Below, one piece after another: positions 35,001-43,798 of a stretch of DNA of 46,529 nucleotides. How positions within the stretch are numbered: the stretch's first letter is position 1; every line of letters begins with the position of its first letter. The notes beneath the pieces were generated by a model, which saw only the letters and a list, made by a program, of their open reading frames with translations, was not told where the DNA came from and ran no database searches. The position numbers were made by a program, and so were the translations under genes. This stretch comes from Candidatus Omnitrophota bacterium (GTDB lineage: Bacteria; Omnitrophota; Gorgyraeia; Tantalellales; Tantalellaceae). The stretch spans positions 1 through 46,529 of the forward strand of contig JBDRBI010000131.1 of NCBI GenBank assembly GCA_043822885.1, read 5' to 3'.

Positions 35001-35838
35001 TATGAAAAAAAACTTCGTCCGCCAGGCGCGCGTAATCCGAAAGCGCTATGTCTTCCGCGCGAAGAGACGGCGACATATCGCATCTGTTGAACAATGTCTC
35101 CCAAATGTTTTTATCTATCCCTAAAAAACTCACGTCGGAGAGCGGGTTTACCGCCTTTTTCCTTCTCTGAGAAAACGCCTTCCGGATTATACTGAACATG
35201 AGGTCTTCATCCCGGACTTTTACGCTCGGTTCATCCAAAATTTCGAGTTTCAAAAGCGCCGAAGAAACTTTTGGGCTCGGGTAAAAAGAATTATTCTTTA
35301 TTCTGAAAAGTTTATCAGGTTTTGTAAAATATCTCACAAAACAGCTTAAAGAGCCGTATGTTTTAGATCCGGGTGAGGCTATGATCCTGTCGACCACTTC
35401 TTCCTGCATGACAATATAGGCGCTTTTTATAAGCTTTTTATTTTCGATTATGCGTTCTACGAGAGGTGTTGAGATATAATAAGGTATATTTCCGAAAAGG
35501 ATGGAAGTTTTCCCTTTCGGCATAGATCCTTTTATATCAAACTCGAGTATGTCTCCCGTAACAAGTTTTATGTTTTCCTCCTCAAAGAAAGGTCTCATTA
35601 TGCGGCAGATCAAAGCATCTTTCTCGACAGCCACGATCTCTCTGCATCTTTTAGCCAGCTCAAAAGTCATTACCCCGAAACCCGGACCGACCTCAAGAAG
35701 AAACTCATCTCCGTTAAGATGCAATTCCGATAATATTTTATTGCGGATATTTTTGTCTATAAGAAAGTTTTGTCCTAGGCGTTTATTGGGGCGGAAATCA
35801 TTTTTTCCCCAGATAACTTTCAGATCTTTCAGATCCAT
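34987..35838 (-). CDS. rsmA: 16S rRNA (adenine1518/1519-N6)-dimethyltransferase
   Basis: LGQNFL motif and SAM-binding EVGPGFG. 283 aa. Confidence 0.92.
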   Translation of the reverse strand: MDLKDLKVIWGKNDFRPNKRLGQNFLIDKNIRNKILSELHLNGDEFLLEVGPGFGVMTFELAKRCREIVAVEKDALICRIMRPFFEEENIKLVTGDILEFDIKGSMPKGKTSILFGNIPYYISTPLVERIIENKKLIKSAYIVMQEEVVDRIIASPGSKTYGSLSCFVRYFTKPDKLFRIKNNSFYPSPKVSSALLKLEILDEPSVKVRDEDLMFSIIRKAFSQRRKKAVNPLSDVSFLGIDKNIWETLFNRCDMSPSLRAEDIALSDYARLADEVFFHRNEK

Positions 35839-36848
35839 GACCGTACCGCCAATTTTATAGCTTCTTTCATGGATTCCGGACTGGCTATACCTTTTCCGGC
35901 TATATCAAATGCGGTCCCATGATCGGGAGAGGTCCTTATATGGTCAAGCCCTAGAGTTATATTGACGCCCGAATCAAAATCTATTGTTTTGAACGGACCC
36001 AAACCCTGGTCATGATACATACAGATGATTATTTCCGTCTCTCCTTTTAAAGCGCGGTTAAAAACCACATCAGCGGATATCGGACCTTCGATATGAGGAT
36101 ATATTTTTTTAGAGTTTTTTATCGCGGGTTCTATGACAAGCTTTTCCTCTGTCCCGATTTTCCCGCCTTCTCCGCAATGCGGATTAAGAGCGGTCACGGC
36201 AATGCGGGGGTGTTCTTTCTCGCTTAAAAGAGCCCGTTTTTCTATGACCTGTTTTAATGTTTTTTCTATTTTTTCCTGCGTCAAAGATAAAGCGACCTCG
36301 CTTATAGGTATATGCCGTGTCACAGGGACAACACAAAGGTTCTTCCCTTTCATTACCATAGTAACAAAATCCGATGAATACGCTCTTTGCAGATATTCGG
36401 TATGGCCTATGAATCCTTTTTCGATGTCCGCTATTCTCTCTTTGCTTAAAGGCGCTGTAACCAGGGTTTTCGGATAATTGTTACACGGATCCGTCATAAT
36501 ATCAGCGGCAAACTTTAAACAATCTAAGGCTTTCTGCGCTCCCTCTCGTGTAGGAACCCCGGGGGATGTTTCAAGAAGAGGCGGTGTCGGATCCAGGAGA
36601 TCAATGACATTGGCTCCGGTATTCTCGCCTATTTTTCCGCTATAAATATCGATCTTCCGGATATCGATATTTTCTCCGACATAAGACGCTGCCTGCCTAA
36701 AAATACCTTCGTCACCTATGACAACAAAAATGGCAAGCCCTCTTACCTGAGAGCTTGCCATTGATCTTATTATTATCTCCGGACCTATGCCGGAGGGATC
36801 CCCCATGGTAATAAAAACACAGGGTTTATTTATACTCGATATATGCAT
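35829..36848 (-). CDS. pdxA: 4-hydroxythreonine-4-phosphate dehydrogenase
   Basis: ITMGDPSGIGPEI motif. The start is moved to MHISSINKP (36848) because the conserved N-terminus begins there; the ORF-track start is 36890. Confidence 0.88.
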   Translation of the reverse strand: MHISSINKPCVFITMGDPSGIGPEIIIRSMASSQVRGLAIFVVIGDEGIFRQAASYVGENIDIRKIDIYSGKIGENTGANVIDLLDPTPPLLETSPGVPTREGAQKALDCLKFAADIMTDPCNNYPKTLVTAPLSKERIADIEKGFIGHTEYLQRAYSSDFVTMVMKGKNLCVVPVTRHIPISEVALSLTQEKIEKTLKQVIEKRALLSEKEHPRIAVTALNPHCGEGGKIGTEEKLVIEPAIKNSKKIYPHIEGPISADVVFNRALKGETEIIICMYHDQGLGPFKTIDFDSGVNITLGLDHIRTSPDHGTAFDIAGKGIASPESMKEAIKLAVRSWI

Positions 36849-37878
36849 CCTGTTTTTTTTCCGTGAACCACTTCGCGAGATCCGTAGCAAATTTTCTCAT
36901 ATAAAGCTGTTCTCTGAGATAATCGCTTACTTCACTGAATTCCAAAGGTTTTTCTCCCTGTATGTCTTCTACCAGGAATATGTGATACCCTATCGGAGTC
37001 TCGACTATATTGGATACTTCACCTTTTTTTAAGCTAAATACCACTTTATCTATTTCTTCCAGGACCTGCCCGGGAACTACATATCCCATATCCCCGCCTT
37101 TTTTAGCAAAAGGTCCTTCGGAATATTTTGCCGCGATAGCCGCAAAATCTCCGCCTTGTTTGAGTTCCGCCTGTATCTCTTCAATCGATTTATTCATAAC
37201 GCTTCTATTCAGAACTCCCGCGACAAAATCATCATTCATCTTGGATGCTACACTGGTTTTAAGATTATCTTCCTGCAGATCGCCCGCAGTTTGTACTCCG
37301 GCCTTTTTTCTGACCATTATTCCTCTGACCTTTACCTTGGAGGGAGAGATAAGCTTATCAACATTCTTATCATAAAGTTCTTTGACCTCCAAAGGCGGGA
37401 TGACGATTCTAGCGGATATTTCTTTTTCTATAAGTTTCTGCGCCAAGATCTGATCTTTGATCTCCTTTTCCAGTTCGCTTAAATTGGTCCCTTTATCGCT
37501 AAGACTCTGCAGAAACTCTGCTTCATTCCTGTAATAGGACCTTAACGTCCCTATACGTCTTTTTACTTCCACCTCATTTATTTCCAGCTTTTGTTTTTTC
37601 GCCAAACTTACCGCCAATTTTGTCTTGACCAGCTCGTCTAAGATCCCCTGCTCCGCTTCTTCTATCTTTTGTTCCATTTCATCCCCGGAGTACCTGGCTT
37701 CAATTTTTTGTTTGACGGGAAAAACAGCTCTGTCGAATTCGCGCTGTGTTATAACTTCATCATTTACCACGACCATCACTTTGTCCACTACCGCTGCATC
37801 CGCCGCGACCGCGCCTGCCAGGAAAAGGGCCACAAGTGATATCGCCATACAAAAAGATCTTTTGGAGTTCCTCATCAC
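36826..37878 (-). CDS. SurA-like periplasmic peptidylprolyl isomerase/chaperone
   Basis: Signal peptide, SurA_N-like domain and a parvulin rotamase domain (GGDMGYV...IGYHIFLVED). 350 aa. Confidence 0.8.
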   Translation of the reverse strand: MMRNSKRSFCMAISLVALFLAGAVAADAAVVDKVMVVVNDEVITQREFDRAVFPVKQKIEARYSGDEMEQKIEEAEQGILDELVKTKLAVSLAKKQKLEINEVEVKRRIGTLRSYYRNEAEFLQSLSDKGTNLSELEKEIKDQILAQKLIEKEISARIVIPPLEVKELYDKNVDKLISPSKVKVRGIMVRKKAGVQTAGDLQEDNLKTSVASKMNDDFVAGVLNRSVMNKSIEEIQAELKQGGDFAAIAAKYSEGPFAKKGGDMGYVVPGQVLEEIDKVVFSLKKGEVSNIVETPIGYHIFLVEDIQGEKPLEFSEVSDYLREQLYMRKFATDLAKWFTEKKQDAYIEYK

Positions 37879-37898
37879 ATACCTCCTTTTTGCTTTGC

Positions 37899-38759
37899 CT
37901 ATTTTGACAAAGCCCGTTCATTTATTATTATCTCCGTTTTTTTTCTTAAGCTATCTAAAAGACCGTTAAATAAAACGCGTCTTTTTTTTGTTCTCAGTTT
38001 TGTCCTTATATCCTCTGTGACATTTACTATAGGCCTTAGTTCAGGCGGCCTTCTGTCCGTAAGTTTTATTATATGATATCCTAACGTAGTCTTAACTATA
38101 CCACTTATTTCATTAATTTCAAGTCCCGCACACGCATTTTCAAATTCCGGTATCAACTGTCCTTTCGGAAAATACCCTATGTCCCCTCCTCTTTGGGCCG
38201 TGGGGTCCACGGATTTTGCCTTTGCGATCTCTTCAAATCCTTCGCCGGACGAAAGATCCAAAAGTATCTCTTCCGCTTCTTTCCGAGTCGGCAGAAGAAT
38301 ATGCGATACCCTCATTATTTCCGGCGTCATATATTCCCCGCTGTTCTCTTCGTAATACTTTTCGGTCTCTTCGTCCGAGATCACGATCGCGTCATCCACC
38401 CGTTCTTTCAGAAGTCTCGCCACCAATATTTTTTTTCTGGCCTCCTCTATAACACCGCGAACTTCTTTATCCTTATGTAAGCCCTCTTTTAACGCCTCCT
38501 GATAAAGCAAGGTATCATTTACCAATTCCTCCAGATATTCTCCCTTTTTTTTTCTTACTATCTCCTGATACCTGAGAGGTAAATTGGATAACCTTTCTTC
38601 AAAATCCGTAAGACGTATGACCGTCCCGCCGATAGAAGCAAGTATAGTGTTTCCGTCTTTGCCTTTTCCGCATCCCGCAATGCTCAAACTCGTCAGCGCC
38701 ATGGCAACACATATGACAATAATATGCGTCATTGTTGCCGTATTTTTACGTAAATCCAT
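37899..38759 (-). CDS. parvulin-type peptidylprolyl isomerase lipoprotein (PrsA/PpiC-like)
   Basis: Lipobox SIAGC and rotamase domain (VSHILL...GGDIGYFPKGQLIPEFE...LGYHIIKL). 286 aa. Confidence 0.8.
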   Translation of the reverse strand: MDLRKNTATMTHIIVICVAMALTSLSIAGCGKGKDGNTILASIGGTVIRLTDFEERLSNLPLRYQEIVRKKKGEYLEELVNDTLLYQEALKEGLHKDKEVRGVIEEARKKILVARLLKERVDDAIVISDEETEKYYEENSGEYMTPEIMRVSHILLPTRKEAEEILLDLSSGEGFEEIAKAKSVDPTAQRGGDIGYFPKGQLIPEFENACAGLEINEISGIVKTTLGYHIIKLTDRRPPELRPIVNVTEDIRTKLRTKKRRVLFNGLLDSLRKKTEIIINERALSK

Positions 38760-38837
38760 GATGTCCGTTCATCTCCCCTCTTACTTACAGGATACCAGAT
38801 AATTTGCCTTTCAACAAGCCCTTTGCCGTATAAAATC

Positions 38838-40739
38838 TTACTTTTTGTTAACACTCTTTTTGGCCAGCATAATCTCCGTTTTTAGCAGCCGACAATAGAG
38901 GTCAAACCCTATTTGATCGATAAATCCGCTTTGTTCCATGCCCAGGATATTTCCCGCGCCCCGCATTTCCAGGTCTCTCATGGCTATTTTGAACCCGGAA
39001 CCCAGTTCCTGATACTTTTTTATAGCTTCTAAACGCTTACTCACTTCACGTGTTAGGGACGAAAACTCCCGAACCACTAAGTACGCAAAAGCCTTTCGGT
39101 CAAATCGGCCTATCCTTCCTCTCAGCTGATAAAGATCCGCCAATCCGAATTTATGCGCATCCTCTATTATCATAGTGTTTGCATTGGGAATATCTATCCC
39201 GGATTCAATAATAGTAGTGCACACCAGGACATCTATTTCTCCCTTAATGAATTTTAACATTGTCGCCTCAAGTGTTCTGGCGCTCATTTGTCCATGTCCG
39301 ACCATTATCCTCGCTTCCGGAACGAGCCGGCTCACGCGAGCCGCGATTTTATCTATCGTCTCGACCCTATTATGCACATAATAGACCTGTCCCTTTCTTC
39401 TTATTTCCCTTTCGATCGCCCCTTTTATGATATCTCCGTCATACTCAATAACTTCGGTATTAATGGGCATCCTTTCCGTTGGAGGCGTCTCTATCAAAGA
39501 AATATCTCTTCCACCCATGAGAGCTAAATACAATGTCCTTGGGATCGGTGTCGCGCTGAGAGTAAGTATATCCACATTTGTCCTGACCTTTTTTATCTTT
39601 TCTTTGTGCTTGACCCCGAATCTTTGCTCTTCATCCACGATAAGAAGCCCCAGGTCACAAAATTCTATATCATCCGAAAGCAGTCTATGAGTTCCTATGA
39701 CAATATCTATTTTTCCTTCTTTCAGTTCTTTGATAATGCCTTTTTGTTCGGTATAAGACCTGAAGCGGTTAAGCATTTCTATTTTTACGGGAAACTCTTT
39801 TAACCTTGTAGTAAAGGTTTCCGCGTGCTGCTCGGCCAAGATCGTTGTTGGAACAAGAAACGCTACCTGCTTGGAATCCATTACGGCTTTGAACGCCGCT
39901 CTGAGCGCTATTTCGGTTTTTCCGTATCCGACATCTCCGCACAAAAGACGATCCATAGGACGGATATGTTCCATATCCTTTTTAACTTCTTCGGTAACCT
40001 TTTCCTGATCCGGAGTTTCCTTATACGGGAAATTATCTTCCACTTCTTTCTGCCAATCAGTGTCTTTGCTGAACCCGAATCCCGGAGTGCTTTCTCTTTT
40101 TGCCTGTATTTCCAAAATTTCACGCACAGTACGCGCAATGCCTTTTGAAGCTCTATTTTTTGTCTCGCTCCATCCCTTTCCTTTTAAACTGTTGAGTTCC
40201 GGATGTTTTCTGTTGAAAGAGACATATCTTTGCAGCTTGTGAAGATCTGTACTCTCCGTATAAAGCCTATCCCCTCCCTTATACTCTATGACAAAATAGT
40301 CCTGGAGCTTTCCTTTACGTCTGTGATGCTGTCTGCCGAGATATCTGCCGATACCATAATCTATGTGAACAACAAAATCTCCGGGCTCTATATCCACAAA
40401 GGAATCAATAGGCTGCTCTCCCATAGGATCAAGTTCTTTTTGGGCTTTTTTGCGCCGCAAGGCCTCGATCGGAAGTATAATAACGCCTTTATGTTCGGTA
40501 ATGGTCTTAAACGATACGAGGTCCACGCTCTTAATAGAACGGACAATACCTTCTATGATCTCTATGCGTACCGGATACTCAAAGGTCACAGGATAGACCG
40601 TAAGGATCTCCCCCGCAATAGAATAATCGCCGCAAACCGACACTTTACGGCATCGGGTATAACCGTGTCTATCGAGGAAGGATACGGTCAGCTCCGGATC
40701 TATTTTTTCGTTAAAATATATTTTGAGTGAATCGAACAT
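38838..40739 (-). CDS. mfd: transcription-repair coupling factor Mfd, truncated form (no UvrB-homology module, no C-terminal domain 7)
   Basis: CarD/TRCF RNAP-interaction domain (GDFVVHIDYGIGRYLG). SF2 translocase motifs GDVGYGKTE, DEEQRFG, QLRGRIGR. Only 633 aa, and the ORF begins inside the region equivalent to domain 1b/3. Confidence 0.85.
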   Translation of the reverse strand: MFDSLKIYFNEKIDPELTVSFLDRHGYTRCRKVSVCGDYSIAGEILTVYPVTFEYPVRIEIIEGIVRSIKSVDLVSFKTITEHKGVIILPIEALRRKKAQKELDPMGEQPIDSFVDIEPGDFVVHIDYGIGRYLGRQHHRRKGKLQDYFVIEYKGGDRLYTESTDLHKLQRYVSFNRKHPELNSLKGKGWSETKNRASKGIARTVREILEIQAKRESTPGFGFSKDTDWQKEVEDNFPYKETPDQEKVTEEVKKDMEHIRPMDRLLCGDVGYGKTEIALRAAFKAVMDSKQVAFLVPTTILAEQHAETFTTRLKEFPVKIEMLNRFRSYTEQKGIIKELKEGKIDIVIGTHRLLSDDIEFCDLGLLIVDEEQRFGVKHKEKIKKVRTNVDILTLSATPIPRTLYLALMGGRDISLIETPPTERMPINTEVIEYDGDIIKGAIEREIRRKGQVYYVHNRVETIDKIAARVSRLVPEARIMVGHGQMSARTLEATMLKFIKGEIDVLVCTTIIESGIDIPNANTMIIEDAHKFGLADLYQLRGRIGRFDRKAFAYLVVREFSSLTREVSKRLEAIKKYQELGSGFKIAMRDLEMRGAGNILGMEQSGFIDQIGFDLYCRLLKTEIMLAKKSVNKK

Positions 40740-40749
40740 GATTAGTAAA

Positions 40750-40815
40750 CAGTTTAAAAGTTTAAAAGTTTAAAGGTCTGGATTGACCGATGTGCAAATG
40801 TTATTGACCGTCAGT
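40750..40815. repeat. TTTAAAAG array plus core motif directly upstream of mfd
   Basis: cagtttaaaagtttaaaagtttaaagg (40750-40776), then GTCTGGATTGACCGATGTGC (40776-40795), then a second partial core ATTGACCGTC (40803-40812). Confidence 0.85.
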
Positions 40816-40839
40816 AAGTACGTCGAAATAATGCCAAAA

Positions 40840-41111
40840 GGCAGAAGACAAGGCCTTCCTTCACAAGTGGCATTTTTTTACGTTTTTTTTCTAACTTTTT
40901 AAAGGTGTTAAATGAACTCGCCATAAATAGAAGTTAGAAATTAGAGGATAGATGTTAGAGGAAAAGCGGCTCACTAATCTTGATCTATCTTCTAACTTCT
41001 CGCTTCTACCCTCTATATTTTCGGGCTCAGACAACATTTAACAATGATCCTTTAAAAAGTTATAAAAAAACTAAAATGCCACAATTGTTCCCTCAGGCCT
41101 TGTCTTATGCC
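40840..41111. repeat. long-hairpin intergenic element, copy 3, with a nested heptamer palindrome in its apex
   Basis: Outer arms GGCAGAAGACAAGGCC (40840-40855) and GGCCTTGTCTTATGCC (41096-41111). Mid arms GTGGCATTTT / AAAATGCCAC. Inner arms AAAGGTGTTAAATGAACTCG and CAACATTTAACAATGATCCTTTAAAAAG. About 95 nt of TAGAAG / CTTCTA arrays (about 40923-41019) replace the apex. Confidence 0.85.
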
Positions 41112-41191
41112 TTCCCGAATTTACTCCGTATATGATCAAACCTACCCGCACGGGCTGCTGCACCACCATCTAACATTTTTATTGAAACTCT

Positions 41192-41244
41192 GGTGAACGG
41201 CCTGCCCCCGTGCGTGTTTTCGAAGAAAACAACGGGAGGGGGGG
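41192..41244 (-). repeat. GC stem-loop module, copy 3 (reverse orientation)
   Basis: The reverse complement reads CCCCCCTCCCGTTGTTTTCTTCGAAAACACGCACGGGGGCAGGCCGTTCACC, which aligns with 44416-44465. Confidence 0.7.
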
Positions 41245-41273
41245 TGCCCCTTGGCTAGTAATCTTTATTTTTA

Positions 41274-42968
41274 CTACATCTTTTCGGGCAAGGTTATATT
41301 CAGCAGATTCAGCCCGTTAGAAAGAACAATGCGCGTGTTTTCTACAAGATAAAGCCTGGCCTTAGACAATCTTTTATCGTCTGAAATAACACGGCATTCG
41401 GTATAAAAAGAATGGAACAGCCGGGCAAGTTCATTCAGATATACTATCATCTTGTTGGGTTCCAATGTCTCGGCGCTTGACTGAACAGCAAAAGGAAACT
41501 CTGACAATTTCCTTATAAGGATCTTTTCTTCTTTTTCTTTTAAGAGAGAAACTTCTGTGCCGGCAAATATCCATTGTTTCCAGTGTTTGCGGCTGAATTT
41601 TTTAATACTGCAGATACGGGCATGAGCATACTGTATGTAAAAAACCGGGTTATCGGATGAACCTTTTTTCGCGAGTTCTATATCAAAATCCAGATGGCTG
41701 TCCAGTCTTCTGGAAAGAAAGAAAAATCTTGTAACATCACTTCCCAGTTCGTCCATTATTTCACGCAAACTTATGAACTCACCCTTGCGTGTGGACATTG
41801 AAATTGTTTCTTTTCCCCTTAACAGGGTGACCAGCTGCACGATAAGCACATTGAGACTGTTTTTATCATGTCCTAAAGCCTCCGCAGCGGCTTTCATTCT
41901 CGCGATATATCCATGATGATCCGGTCCAAGAATATCTATAAGCTCTGAATATCCTCGGCCATACTTATACAAATGATACGCGATATCGGGAGCAAGATAC
42001 GTGAATGAACCGTCACTTTTTATTACAACTCTATCCTTATCATCTCCGCTTCGAGTGGAAGCGAACCATACGGCTCCCTCATTTTCATAGATATATCCTT
42101 TCTCTCTCAGAAAACCTAACGCCTTTTCTACTCTATTTTCATTTTCTATCTTGGATTGCGGGGTCCATTCGTCAAAGCTAACCCCAAAATCTTTAAGATC
42201 GTCTTTTATCAGCCTCAAAATATGATCAACCGCATATTTTCTGAAAAACAAGCGAACCTTCGGGCTATCTTTTCTTAATTTCGCTCCTTTCTTTTTCTTT
42301 ATTTCTCTAGCTATCTCCGTTATGTACTCTCCCCTATACCCGTCTTCAGGCATAAGATCGTTCTCTCCCAAAAGATTTAAATACCGGACGCGGACAGATT
42401 CCCCCAAAAGATTTATCTGCCTGCCCATATCATTAAGATAATATTCGTTTGTGACTTTAAACCCGTTGAACCTGAGTATTCGGGAAAGGGCATCTCCTAT
42501 CGCGGCTTGTCGTCCATGAGCGACCGTAAGGGGACCCGTCGGATTCGCACTTACAAACTCCAGATTGATCTTCTTGGATCTATTTTTACCGGCTCTTCCG
42601 AAATCCTTACCTAATTTAGAAATTGACCGCAGCAGTCCGTGATAGTATACATCGGTTAATTTAAAGTTGATAAACCCGCCCGTAAGACCGACGTTTTCGA
42701 GAAATTCCTTTAGAGGAGTGCCTTTGATCTTTTCCTCAAAGATCGCTATTAGCTCTTTTCCTATAACAGCCGGCTGGTTTTTCACCTGAGAAGCCAACCT
42801 CATAGCAATATTTGAAGTGAGATCTCCGTGGCTTGGATCTCGGGTGATCTGTAATGAGACATCTATTTCTTCGGAGAAAGATATGTCAGGAAGATTCTTG
42901 AGGAAATACTCTTTGCAGGCATTTAAAAGAAACTCTTCGATCTGTTTTACTATGTCTTTTCCAAACAT
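41274..42968 (-). CDS. argS: arginine-tRNA ligase
   Basis: Class I signature SANPTGPLTVAHGR and a C-terminal DALR anticodon-binding domain. The start is placed at MFGKDIVKQIEEF (42968); the ORF-track start is 43004. Confidence 0.92.
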   Translation of the reverse strand: MFGKDIVKQIEEFLLNACKEYFLKNLPDISFSEEIDVSLQITRDPSHGDLTSNIAMRLASQVKNQPAVIGKELIAIFEEKIKGTPLKEFLENVGLTGGFINFKLTDVYYHGLLRSISKLGKDFGRAGKNRSKKINLEFVSANPTGPLTVAHGRQAAIGDALSRILRFNGFKVTNEYYLNDMGRQINLLGESVRVRYLNLLGENDLMPEDGYRGEYITEIAREIKKKKGAKLRKDSPKVRLFFRKYAVDHILRLIKDDLKDFGVSFDEWTPQSKIENENRVEKALGFLREKGYIYENEGAVWFASTRSGDDKDRVVIKSDGSFTYLAPDIAYHLYKYGRGYSELIDILGPDHHGYIARMKAAAEALGHDKNSLNVLIVQLVTLLRGKETISMSTRKGEFISLREIMDELGSDVTRFFFLSRRLDSHLDFDIELAKKGSSDNPVFYIQYAHARICSIKKFSRKHWKQWIFAGTEVSLLKEKEEKILIRKLSEFPFAVQSSAETLEPNKMIVYLNELARLFHSFYTECRVISDDKRLSKARLYLVENTRIVLSNGLNLLNITLPEKM

Positions 42969-43321
42969 TTGCCCACAAACTTTTCTGAAGGAGCCTCGGA
43001 CCACAGCCGTTCAAGACTGTAAAACTCTCTGACTCCTTTGTAAAAAACATGAACCACAACATCTTCGTAATCTAACAGGATCCACTCGGCGCCCTGTTTT
43101 CCTTCAATATGCAAAGGTGATATTTTTTCTTTCGACAAATCTTTGTGCAGCGCTTTTGAAATGGCACTGACCCTGCGTGAAGAACTGGCCGAGATAAGAA
43201 CGAACCAATCACACACCGTTGAGATGCCCTGCATATTCATCAAAACAATGTTCTCACCCTTTTTCTCCGATGCTATCCGCGCTATGATCTTGGCTTTATC
43301 CAAAGCTGTCAAATACTTCAC
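42950..43321 (-). CDS. rsfS: ribosome silencing factor RsfS
   Basis: DWFVLISASSSRRV...LLDYEDVVVHVF is typical of the RsfS/iojap family. 123 aa. Confidence 0.88.
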   Translation of the reverse strand: MKYLTALDKAKIIARIASEKKGENIVLMNMQGISTVCDWFVLISASSSRRVSAISKALHKDLSKEKISPLHIEGKQGAEWILLDYEDVVVHVFYKGVREFYSLERLWSEAPSEKFVGKCLEKT

Positions 43322-43357
43322 TTATGATCAGTATCTCTTTGATATCCTTAAGTCGGG

Positions 43358-43501
43358 TTATTTACCCAAGATCCTGTACATGCCAGTACCACAATCCGGA
43401 CATTTTCCTTTTGAGGCTTTTCTTCCGTTCTTCATTGTAACTTCCTGAGCGTCCTTCATTTCTTTCTTCGCTTTGCATTTTACACAATATCCTTCAGCCA
43501 T
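43358..43501 (-). CDS. small zinc-ribbon protein (47 aa, DUF5679-like), absent from the ORF track
   Basis: ATG at 43501 with a GGAGGA SD 5 nt upstream. Sequence MAEGYCVKCKAKKEMKDAQEVTMKNGRKASKGKCPDCGTGMYRILGK has two CxxC pairs. Confidence 0.6.
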   Translation of the reverse strand: MAEGYCVKCKAKKEMKDAQEVTMKNGRKASKGKCPDCGTGMYRILGK

Positions 43502-43598
43502 TGAGATCCTCCTCATGTTAATAGAAATGATAGCTTCAATCCAAACATCTTCCGTACTACTTCATCCTTTGAACAACACCCGCTCTAAACACTGGATA

Positions 43599-43626
43599 AG
43601 TTTATCATACCGCCACTAAAAGTCAA
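43599..43626 (-). promoter_or_regulatory. possible sigma70 promoter for the zinc-ribbon/rsfS/argS unit
   Basis: On the minus strand: TTGACT (43626-43621), 16 nt spacer, TAAACT (43604-43599). Confidence 0.35.
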
Positions 43627-43643
43627 GCAATTCGTAATTCGCC

Positions 43644-43663
43644 TACCCCCGAAGGGGGGGGTA
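43644..43663. other. GC hairpin with a UUCG/CGAA loop
   Basis: TACCCCC GAA GGGGGGGGTA. On the minus strand this gives CCCCC-UUCG-GGGGG. No U tract follows on either strand. Confidence 0.5.
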
Positions 43664-43723
43664 ATTCATTCTCGGATGGTTAAGGTTTTAGGTAGAATTC
43701 AGATCGTAATCAGCTAGCCTGGT

Positions 43724-43798
43724 TTCTCGCTTCTATCTTCTCGCTTCTCACCTCTCGCTTCTGTTCTCTCTATGCACCATGCCCTATGCGCTATGCTG
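43724..43798. repeat. CTTCTCG/CTTCTAT array followed by a CTATGCN array overlapping the nadD stop
   Basis: ggtttctcgcttctatcttctcgcttctcacctctcgcttctgttctctc, then ctatgcaccatgccctatgcgctatgctgc. The last codons of nadD (QHSA*) lie in the CTATGCN array. Confidence 0.8.

Noticed and set aside
38838-40739. Re-interpreting the short helicase as RecG
   Set aside because: It carries the CarD/TRCF RNAP-interaction domain (GDFVVHIDYGIGRYLG) upstream of the helicase core. That domain is diagnostic for Mfd, and there is no RecG wedge domain.
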